A stretch of 48,885 nucleotides of DNA from a virus, in the UHGV virus genome UHGV-0858861, one strand, 5' to 3'. This document shows, piece after piece, positions 21,114-28,053 of the stretch (positions within the stretch are counted from its first letter, which is position 1; each line of letters opens with the position of its first letter). Position numbers and translations under genes: made by a program. The notes beneath the pieces were generated by a model that searched no databases, had not been told where the DNA came from, and saw only the letters and a program-made list of their open reading frames with translations.

Positions 21114-21531
21114 GCCAGACGGGATTTGATGTATCAACGCGCATCAGCAAGACCCGGTATTTTTTCCATTCAGACAACGCGGCGGTTTCTTCTGCCGTCG
21201 CAATTTCCGCATCAAAAGCATCCTGTCTCCAGACTATTTCCTTATCAGCCATAGAACGCAATACCGTTCTTTTCTGTTCAGCCTGAATAATCTGTTGTTC
21301 AGCGGAGAGTGGCGGGATATCAATCCACGCAGGATTACCATCTTTGTCAGCCCCCAGCGTTTTACCTTCTGGTGCTACGCCTGTGTAAATTGCCATTGTT
21401 TCATCATCAACATCAACGCCATTTTCAGGCCATGAACCGGCGCTGATATATACCTCTTTTAGTGCTTTCGGATAGAAAGAGCCTTTATAAAATTTATTCA
21501 TTCTTAATACCCCAGCGCGATAAAACAACAA
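21085..21531 (-). CDS. alternative tail fibre assembly protein (opposite orientation)
   Basis: 148-aa minus-strand ORF inside the invertible segment, convergent with the plus-strand tfa. Confidence 0.6.
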   Translation of the reverse strand: MLFYRAGVLRMNKFYKGSFYPKALKEVYISAGSWPENGVDVDDETMAIYTGVAPEGKTLGADKDGNPAWIDIPPLSAEQQIIQAEQKRTVLRSMADKEIVWRQDAFDAEIATAEETAALSEWKKYRVLLMRVDTSNPVWPTPPAVQAR

Positions 21532-21960
21532 TCTTCGGTGCCCTCTCCGGATGGCGACCAGTTCTGAATACTGATATGCGTTCTGCTGGCAATACGCACA
21601 TTCATCGCGGCATTGTAGCCAGATGTTCCACGGTTTCCGGTCGCAAATAAGCCTGCATAGGGAAAAGCAAATGGTAAGGCATATCCAGCATCAGCTCCCT
21701 TTTGTGTTGCCACCGTTCCCCACTGCAACATAAGTTTCACCGGGTTTCCTGTCGTCGCAATGCATGGAATGTAGATGTAGCCATTCCCTGACATCATTGA
21801 CCTGAAGCTGTCTAAATCCAGTAACTTCGAGGCATTATCTGCTCCAACATCTCGTGTTGCGGCGGTCCCTAACTGGAGCGCATTTCGGAAGGCTGATACA
21901 TCAGAAATATCAGCTCCATTAGCCGATTTCTGCATAGCTCCGGAGGCTTTATTTATCGTT
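21504..21960 (-). CDS. alternative tail fibre C-terminal cassette (promoterless, used after inversion)
   Basis: Minus-strand ORF (track 21504-22013) that passes through the right inverted repeat; lacks an own start inside the segment; Gly/Ala-rich fibre-tip-like sequence. Confidence 0.55.
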
Positions 21961-22034
21961 TCTCCCAAACCAACGTTTAAGAAAATGCAGAGATTACGGC
22001 TAACTGGCATCATCCCCGGTTTTTATTCAGGGGG

Positions 22035-22595
22035 ATGCTCATGCTTATTGGCTATGTACGCGTGTCAACAAATGACCAGAACACGGAATTGCAGCGTAAC
22101 GCGCTGGAGTGCGCAGGATGTGAACTGATTTTTGAAGATAAAATCAGCGGAACGAAATCAGCCAGACCGGGATTGAAAAAACTGCTCAGAACGCTATCAG
22201 AAGGAGATACGCTGGTTGTCTGGAAGCTGGACCGAATGGGGCGTTCCCTGATTCATCTTGTTGATTTACTTAACCATTTTTTATCAAACAACATTGAGTT
22301 TATTTCGATTACGGAAGGGATAAAAATTAGCACTTCAATTGGCCGCTTTGCCTACACGATGCTGAGTGCAGTCGCAGAGATGGAGCGGGAAAATATGATT
22401 GAAAGAACGCGTGCAGGATTGGCGGTGGCAAGGGCTAACGGCAGGATAGGAGGACGCCGCTCAAAGCTGGCACCAGAGCAATGGGAACAGATCGGAAGAC
22501 TTATTGCGAATGGTGTTTCACGTAAGCGGATAGCGATTATCTTCGATGTTACCTTATCCACGCTTTACCGCAGGTTTCCGGCTGGGAATCATTGA
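22035..22595 (+). CDS. serine DNA invertase (Gin/Hin/Cin/Pin family)
   Basis: 186-aa ORF with the resolvase/invertase N-terminal catalytic region (IGYVRVSTNDQN...) and C-terminal HTH; adjacent to the inverted repeat; probable start at 22041. Confidence 0.85.
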   Translation: MLMLIGYVRVSTNDQNTELQRNALECAGCELIFEDKISGTKSARPGLKKLLRTLSEGDTLVVWKLDRMGRSLIHLVDLLNHFLSNNIEFISITEGIKISTSIGRFAYTMLSAVAEMERENMIERTRAGLAVARANGRIGGRRSKLAPEQWEQIGRLIANGVSRKRIAIIFDVTLSTLYRRFPAGNH

Positions 22596-22725
22596 CTGGA
22601 GTTAGGCCAGTAGTATGATGCTCGCAAAACGAGATCCAATTTAGATCCTTTTACTGGTGGATTATCGTTCGATCAGTGAGAGACTTCGTGCATGACCGAA
22701 AGTGTTGTGGTAGAGTTCTCTTAAA

Positions 22726-22740
22726 ACCACGTAACGTGGT
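22726..22740. promoter_or_regulatory. repressor-type operator ACCAC-N5-GTGGT upstream of repA
   Basis: Perfect dyad AACCACGTAACGTGGTT at 22725-22741; same half-sites as the operators in the cI/cro intergenic region. Confidence 0.5.
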
Positions 22741-22782
22741 TATGATTGTGGGTGTCTGGTTGGAAACTGACCAGATATGGAA

Positions 22783-22900
22783 ACAAAAAGCCCGCAGATA
22801 AATCTGCGGGCTTCTTGCGACATCCACGGAAAACCAACAACAACAATCCATGGGCGCCTCGACAACTCCCATTATACGTTGGTTTTCCGTGGACGCAAGA
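22783..22900 (-). ncRNA. candidate CopA-like antisense RNA / structured repA leader
   Basis: Upstream of the probable repA start: hairpin AAGCCCGCAG-ATAAAT-CTGCGGGCTT (22791-22816), which on the minus strand would be followed by a T-run, and 15-bp inverted repeat CCACGGAAAACCAAC / GTTGGTTTTCCGTGG (22825-22839 / 22879-22893). Confidence 0.3.
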
Positions 22901-22908
22901 GCGAACAT

Positions 22909-23757
22909 ATGGATAGACCAATGCCGTCTCTACGTTCCGCTTACGTTTGTAATTTGTCGCCGGAGTTCCAGCCTCCAAAGCACCATACGCACAAGCTGCC
23001 GCTAGTGTTATCTGATGCTTTACAGCGCATTAATGGTCGTGATCTTACGTGTGAGGTTGCGTTCTACGTTAATCAGCCGTCAGAGCGGAAGCGCCGGATA
23101 AACGAGCATCGTCGTCGGGCGATTAATGCTGTGATTGCTGCGATTTTGCACCATGTAAACATCATTTCTAAGCGGGTTCTGGCCAGTGCTGAGGCGTTGG
23201 CTGATTTTTGCGGCCTGTCTACCGTATCCGAAGCTGGGAACAAGTCTATAACACGCTGTACAAGGGCGTTGTCGCAACTGAAAGCGTTAGGTTTTATTGA
23301 TTATGAACGTCGCTGGGATCGGGTGAATAAACAGTATTGGCCAGCGAAAATAGAGATTCGTGATCAACTGCTGGAAACCGTTGGTATTACTGAACAAGCA
23401 TGGAGACGTGCGGTTAGCCAGAAACTTAATTACTTCAATGCGAAGAATAGCGAACGGCTTAAAAAAGCGATAACGGAGGCTGATTATAAGCGTATTGTTA
23501 TTCAGGAGCAGATGGAGAATGTATGGCGTCAGAGGAAGACAGCCAGAGAGATAAAGGCAAAACAGAAAGCAGCGGAGAGAGCTGCGCGTCTTGTTCAGGA
23601 AAAGGGAGAGGCCGAACTTCGTCATCAAATCACTAGAGAGGTTAGCCAGGAATTTGCTGATGGCATGTATCCTGGTGCTGACCTTGCATATTTACGATCC
23701 CTCGTTGAGCAGCGTTATAACAGGTTAAGAAAGACCAGGAAATCACTCCAACATTAA
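22909..23757 (+). CDS. repA: plasmid replication initiator RepA (IncFII RepA1-like)
   Basis: ORF (track 22777-23757; probable start ATG 22909 after the structured leader) with RepA1-like central motif (KSITRCTRALSQLKALGFIDYE) and basic C-terminus. Confidence 0.6.
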   Translation: MDRPMPSLRSAYVCNLSPEFQPPKHHTHKLPLVLSDALQRINGRDLTCEVAFYVNQPSERKRRINEHRRRAINAVIAAILHHVNIISKRVLASAEALADFCGLSTVSEAGNKSITRCTRALSQLKALGFIDYERRWDRVNKQYWPAKIEIRDQLLETVGITEQAWRRAVSQKLNYFNAKNSERLKKAITEADYKRIVIQEQMENVWRQRKTAREIKAKQKAAERAARLVQEKGEAELRHQITREVSQEFADGMYPGADLAYLRSLVEQRYNRLRKTRKSLQH

Positions 23758-23879
23758 CCCACCTGAATGATGAATCCGGTTTTACCGGAGGATTATCTAC
23801 GTCGCAATAAAATATCTGTTCAAAAAACAATCTAAATTAATTTTCTCTAAACCTGAACACAGCAAAAATATCGCCTTCA

Positions 23880-24180
23880 CAGGCATCGGCTAATAAAGTT
23901 ATCCACAGTTTTGATATGTATATGCAAATGGTTTTTTATAATAGATGCACTAAACAAATAAATGCAAAATCACTTTCTTTTATTAAGACTTTCTTTATTT
24001 AACTTACGCAGGCTTTGCCTGTGAATATGTTCGCCCTTGCAGCGAGCTAAAGCTCGCGCCGGTTCGAGTCGCTACGCTCAAATATACCTCCTCCGGCACT
24101 TGCCGGAGGCATGGAGCAGCCTGATCATCCTTTTCGAAACGGCACGTTTCGAACTATACAAAATCAATTTATATAAGGCC
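23880..24180. promoter_or_regulatory. candidate replication origin region (DnaA box, AT-rich stretch, hairpin cluster)
   Basis: Consensus DnaA box TTATCCACA at 23899-23907 followed by AT-rich DNA and four perfect hairpins (GCGAGC-TAAA-GCTCGC; CTCCGGCA-CT-TGCCGGAG; TTCGAAACG-GCA-CGTTTCGAA; AGGCC-N7-GGCCT). Confidence 0.35.
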
Positions 24181-24388
24181 GAAATAAGGCCTACGGCCGG
24201 GCTTTGCAGGAGGAAGGGGCGAGCCTTATCAATAAACGTCGATAAATACGCACACAGTAGCCATCAGAACGCGATAAAACGTAAGAAACATCATTTCCTA
24301 TTAGACATAGAAAACTTGTCTTATACGCAATGTAGTAAATTTCTATTGCCACATAGGAAAAGATTTCCTACCATCGTAGATATAATAA

Positions 24389-24688
24389 ATGGAGATGGTT
24401 ATGGATAAAGATACTGTTTTAAAAATGTTGAATCCGGCTTGTTTAAAAAAAGCGGATGAATGGGAATCTCCTACATGTGGAGAAGTTCGGGCAGTCATTG
24501 GCCTGACTGGAATGAGCGGCTCGCAGTTGGCCAAAAAACTAGGCTTAAAAGATAGTCGCAATGTTCGCAACTGGCAGATGTTAAAGGAGTCCACATCCAG
24601 ATCCAGCATTCCGTATGCAGCCTGGGCGCTGCTGTGTTACTTCGCTGGGTTAGGGTTAATCTTCATTGATAACAAAACAGATGTTTGA
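24389..24688 (+). CDS. HTH-domain protein (XRE/DUF1870-like)
   Basis: 99-aa ORF (probable start 24401 after a GGAG SD) with HTH-like segment (MSGSQLAKKLGLKDSRNVRNWQ). Confidence 0.4.
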   Translation: MEMVMDKDTVLKMLNPACLKKADEWESPTCGEVRAVIGLTGMSGSQLAKKLGLKDSRNVRNWQMLKESTSRSSIPYAAWALLCYFAGLGLIFIDNKTDV

Positions 24689-24975
24689 AACATGCAAATA
24701 TGAGGTTTGTTATGGAACTTGTACGCAAAACACGCAAAGAGTTCTTGGACCTGTATCGCATGGGAGCTTTCACTTGTGTTGTGGCTACCCAGGACGAAGT
24801 GACAAAAAGCTGGCGGCTTTTTGCTCTCAATAAAAAAGGGATTGCCGTTTTCATTGAAAAAGCCCGTGGTGGTATCCGCGAATGGGCGGGATTGAATTAT
24901 GTGGCTGATTTTTGCGCAGCTATGGGGATTCGTCGCTGGGAAGTCCATATGCCAGGAGTAAAGTCACAAAAATAG
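24685..24975 (+). CDS. hypothetical protein
   Basis: 96-aa ORF coupled to the upstream HTH gene. Confidence 0.35.
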   Translation: MKHANMRFVMELVRKTRKEFLDLYRMGAFTCVVATQDEVTKSWRLFALNKKGIAVFIEKARGGIREWAGLNYVADFCAAMGIRRWEVHMPGVKSQK

Positions 24976-25213
24976 GGCTTTCGCGTCGAAAATGAGGCGA
25001 AACTGAAAACGAGATTTCATTAACAAATAAGCAACATAAAAAACGGTGGAAAACGCCCAGGAAAACATGATCTTTTGAGCGGATTTTTTAGATCCGACAA
25101 TGAACGGTGATCCGGTGGTGCCGATAACGTCCATTATGTTAAATAGCCCCGTTTTTCTTGAAATTATAACCCACAGGTTATATAGTTAGTGATATAAACT
25201 ACAGGTTATAGGA

Positions 25214-25567
25214 TTGAGCATGTGGACGGTACTTTTTAGCCAGCGATTTGACGACTGGCTAAATGAGCAAGAAGACGCTCTTCAGGAAAAGGTTTTGGCT
25301 GATTTGAAAAAGCTACAGGTTTACGGACCTGAGTTACCCAGGCCATATGCCGATACCGTAAAAGGTTCTCGGTACAAAAATATGAAAGAGCTTCGCGTTC
25401 AGTTTTCTGGCCGTCCGATAAGAGCCTTTTATGCGTTCGATCCGATTCGCCGGGCCATCGTTCTTTGTGCAGGAGACAAAAGTAACGATAAACGGTTTTA
25501 TGAAAAACTGGTGCGTATAGCTGAGGATGAGTTTGCAGCACATCTGAACACACTGGAGAGCAAGTAA
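25214..25567 (+). CDS. type II toxin, RelE/ParE superfamily (HigB-like, Gp49-type)
   Basis: 117-aa ORF upstream of and overlapping an XRE-HTH gene, i.e. the reversed toxin-then-antitoxin order of HigBA-type modules. Confidence 0.55.
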   Translation: MSMWTVLFSQRFDDWLNEQEDALQEKVLADLKKLQVYGPELPRPYADTVKGSRYKNMKELRVQFSGRPIRAFYAFDPIRRAIVLCAGDKSNDKRFYEKLVRIAEDEFAAHLNTLESK

Positions 25568-25866
25568 TGAGAACATTAGATGAGGTGATTGCCAGCCGTT
25601 CACCTGAAAGCCAGGCGCGAATTAAAGAAATGGCAGATGAGATGATTCTTGAGGTCGGCTTGCAGATGATGCGTGAAGAACTCCAGTTATCACAAAAACA
25701 GGTTGCTGAGGCGATGGGTATAAGCCAGCCAGCAGTAACAAAGCTGGAGCAGCGCGGAAATGATTTAAAGCTGGCGACATTAAAGCGTTACGTTGAAGCT
25801 ATGGGAGGCAAATTAAGCCTAGATGTTGAGCTTCCCACAGGAAAACGAATAGCGTTTAACATCTGA
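25567..25866 (+). CDS. HigA-like antitoxin (XRE-family HTH)
   Basis: 99-aa ORF with HTH (LSQKQVAEAMGISQPAVTKLE) overlapping the toxin stop codon; terminator follows. Confidence 0.55.
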   Translation: MRTLDEVIASRSPESQARIKEMADEMILEVGLQMMREELQLSQKQVAEAMGISQPAVTKLEQRGNDLKLATLKRYVEAMGGKLSLDVELPTGKRIAFNI

Positions 25867-25880
25867 TCAGAACGAATGAT

Positions 25881-25908
25881 AAGCCCCTGTTGCAAAGGGG
25901 CTTTTTTG
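25881..25908 (+). terminator. rho-independent terminator after the higBA-like pair
   Basis: Hairpin AAGCCCC-TGTTGCAA-AGGGGCTT followed by TTTTTT. Confidence 0.6.
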
Positions 25909-25913
25909 TGCTC

Positions 25914-26029
25914 ATAGAATTATATAATTATATATTTATATAAAAAGTGCTTTACGGGTGGGAAAAAATTTCCTAAGGTTATACCCGAAACCGAGCGATA
26001 CCCGCCCTGGTTAAACCGGAGATAACCCG
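25914..26029 (+). promoter_or_regulatory. conserved promoter + 5' leader module, copy 1
   Basis: AT-rich palindromic box (TATATAATTATATA), -35-like TTTACG, dyad GGAAA-AAA-TTTCC in spacer, -10-like TAAGGT, then a conserved 50-nt leader with GGAG SD running to the ATG at 26030; near-identical to copies at 35973 and 44044. Confidence 0.55.
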
Positions 26030-26410
26030 ATGAGCATGATTAAAATCCGCAAAAACGCTTTCCTTAAAATTCAAACTATCCTAGCTGGTTCTGTTGGCGT
26101 GATTTGCCGTTCTTCTTCAAGCCGCATCGATGACGGCTACGATGATGAGTACCGTGTGTCCTCGTGCGATGAGGCTTTAACCTGGCTGAAGGAGAATCAG
26201 GAACGTGCCCAGGTATATCTGGAAACAGAGAACGGCAATCAGATGCTGCGTATTAGCGGTCGTTATGGATTTGAAACTACATTCATGGCCTATTTTAATC
26301 AGGCTTACTTTGACAAGGAGCTGGCCTGGTACACTGATCGCATGAGCAAAAGCGAGCCAGCCCCGATTACACCGCCGAACAATAAACCATTTTTATTCCT
26401 CGTTAAGTAA
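26030..26410 (+). CDS. hypothetical protein, first gene behind module copy 1 (candidate anti-defence protein)
   Basis: 126-aa ORF with no recognisable motif; followed by an Aca2/DUF1870-like HTH gene. Confidence 0.4.
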   Translation: MSMIKIRKNAFLKIQTILAGSVGVICRSSSSRIDDGYDDEYRVSSCDEALTWLKENQERAQVYLETENGNQMLRISGRYGFETTFMAYFNQAYFDKELAWYTDRMSKSEPAPITPPNNKPFLFLVK

Positions 26411-26440
26411 ACACAATGCGCAAAGTGTCATTTTGACACT

Positions 26441-26746
26441 TTGCGAGTGTTAATATTGTGCGAGGAGGATGCTATGACGGGTTATGAATTGAAATTATGG
26501 CGTCGTGGGATGAACTGGACGCAGGAGCGAGCCGCCGAAGAATTTGGGATATCGTTGGCTACATATAAGCGATATGAGAAGGGGGAGCCGCCGAGGGTCA
26601 TTGAGATGGCCATTCGCGTTCTGTCGTTTGACGATATGGTGAAGGATCTTTCACACCTTGATAAAGACGCGATTCTGTTAAGGCTGCAAACCCTTGTATG
26701 GGAAAAGGTTAAAGTGTCGTCAGAATTGGAACAAGGGATCAAATGA
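26441..26746 (+). CDS. HTH regulator, Aca2/YdiL (DUF1870)-like
   Basis: Probable start at 26474 (MTGYELKLWRRGMNWTQERAAEEFGISLATYKRYEKGEPPRVIE...), pattern closely resembling YdiL/Aca2-family N-termini as recalled; last gene of a short operon. Confidence 0.45.
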   Translation: MRVLILCEEDAMTGYELKLWRRGMNWTQERAAEEFGISLATYKRYEKGEPPRVIEMAIRVLSFDDMVKDLSHLDKDAILLRLQTLVWEKVKVSSELEQGIK

Positions 26747-26794
26747 TCCTTTACGGATCGTTTTATGGTGGTGTAATGTAAGCGCCAGAAAGAC

Positions 26795-26820
26795 AAAAAC
26801 CGCCTTGCCGGGCGGTTTTC
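26795..26820. terminator. bidirectional-looking rho-independent terminator
   Basis: A-run, hairpin CCGCC-TTGCCG-GGCGG, T-run. Confidence 0.55.
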
Positions 26821-27304
26821 AGTCTGAAATTTAAATCTTGCTTGGTAGGCTGGATTTAAAAAGACACCTCTTGATTGGGGCGGCTTTCTTGCGTCTAAAG
26901 ATAATCAAATCTTTTTGCGCCTGCAACCCCTTTTTTACTGGTGCCTGTTTCAGACTCACGCTCGCGTCGTTGTCTTTGCCACTTCGTTGGGTTCGGTGTT
27001 TTTGGGCGGAGTGGCGCGCGGGTATGCGTACAAGGGGAAAGTGTGCTGACGCAAGCCAGGAACAGCGATCTAAACTAAGTCGAGTCTGAGAAAGGCAGGA
27101 GTGCGACAACTCGCCTGTGCTCAATGAGCAGAAGAAGGTATATCAGACGACCAATGGCATGATTGTGGGCCACAGGGCGCACACGGCGGCGAAGCATTGG
27201 AAACGATGTGGAGCTATCTGGTGGCATGAGTTCCGGTACTCGATCTCGAGCTTTTTTTGATGCTTTTGAGAAGGGGCCGGAACTCCGGTAAAGGGCACCC
27301 TGTA

Positions 27305-27320
27305 TGGGGGGAGGGGGGGT
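27305..27320. repeat. poly-G tract (G6-A-G7) upstream of membrane-protein gene
   Basis: Sequence GGGGGGAGGGGGGG about 60 bp upstream of the ATG at 27382. Confidence 0.8.
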
Positions 27321-27381
27321 TGTGTCTAAAGGAAGATCTAATACGATATTGCTTTACCCTTATATCTAAAAGGAGATTTCT

Positions 27382-28017
27382 ATGGGGATGCTGGTGGCGT
27401 TTATTATTAGCCTGATTTTGTGTTTCTTCGTAGTTCGTGGCGCATATCGGAAACAATGTGCCTCGTCTTCTGGTGGTAAGTTCAAAGCTGTTTTAGTGAG
27501 TGGCTTTCTCGGGATTGCTACTTTTGTAGTTGTTAATACTCTTGCGGCTGTGACCTTGATCCCAGAAGACCCCAACACTGCGGCTACTACCGGAGCAGCT
27601 TTTGATGGTGTGACCGTAGATAAGTTTAAGCAGTTATATAATGATGACCTTGAAGGTATCGCTACATCAGGAAAATCCACCTCCACTATAAGAATTAAGT
27701 CAGTTAAACAAGGTAACAACACCGTTGAATTTGCCATCAATTCATCTGTTAACGGTCGGGCTAGAGTTGATAAGGATGGGAAGATTTCAGAGTTATTATG
27801 GCGAGTATCTAAGCCTAGCTCTGATTCCTTGCTTTCTATGGCCGTAGCTGTTGAAGTCTTGGATGCATCAAGTGATAGAGACACAGTGATCGCGCAGTTA
27901 GAGCAGATTGTTAAATCTGATACGCAGAAAGCTGAGTTTAAGACTAAGAGAGGCGAGTATTACGTTTCTCGTGACAAATCAGGGCACGTGTCGCTACTGA
28001 TTACACCGAAATATTAA
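27382..28017 (+). CDS. membrane protein with two N-terminal TM helices and a soluble domain (candidate exclusion/abortive-infection-type function)
   Basis: 211-aa ORF; hydrophobic segments at about residues 3-20 and 35-57; good SD (AAGGAG) upstream. Confidence 0.45.
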   Translation: MGMLVAFIISLILCFFVVRGAYRKQCASSSGGKFKAVLVSGFLGIATFVVVNTLAAVTLIPEDPNTAATTGAAFDGVTVDKFKQLYNDDLEGIATSGKSTSTIRIKSVKQGNNTVEFAINSSVNGRARVDKDGKISELLWRVSKPSSDSLLSMAVAVEVLDASSDRDTVIAQLEQIVKSDTQKAEFKTKRGEYYVSRDKSGHVSLLITPKY

Positions 28018-28026
28018 GAATTGAAG

Positions 28027-28053
28027 AAGCGCCCAAATCGGGCGCTTTGTTTT
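28027..28053. terminator. bidirectional terminator between convergent genes
   Basis: Hairpin GCGCCC-AAATC-GGGCGC flanked by A-rich and T-rich runs. Confidence 0.55.

Larger units (their letters stand above)
20043..21975. mobile_element. invertible host-range segment (Mu G / P1 C / e14 P-like) bounded by inverted crossover sites
   Basis: Inverted repeat TTGGTTTGGGAGAA at 20045-20058 (+) and its reverse complement at 21961-21974; both encode the shared ...LGLGE... junction in the two opposed fibre cassettes; invertase gene immediately outside. Confidence 0.7.

Noticed and set aside
21961-22013. N-terminal 18 codons of the minus-strand ORF 21504-22013 as a genuine start
   Set aside because: The ORF crosses the right inverted repeat; upstream codons are read-through of flanking DNA and the cassette is expressed only after inversion fuses it to the fibre N-terminus.
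22777-22908. Extended N-terminus of RepA from the ATG at 22777
   Set aside because: This segment is dominated by hairpins and inverted repeats typical of a regulatory leader; the in-frame ATG at 22909 gives a RepA of the expected size (~282 aa).
23287-23628. Minus-strand 113-aa ORF inside repA
   Set aside because: Embedded antisense in the RepA coding region, low-complexity translation.
26831-27124. Listed ORFs inside the long intergenic region (26838-27089 plus, 26831-27124 minus, 27214-27456 minus)
   Set aside because: Mutually overlapping on both strands, no SD or start context, Arg/Ser/Cys-rich random-like translations; the region is better described as noncoding or structured.
26820-27381. 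Retron (msr-msd) interpretation of the structured intergenic region
   Set aside because: No reverse-transcriptase gene anywhere in the window and no characteristic a1/a2 repeat arrangement recognised.
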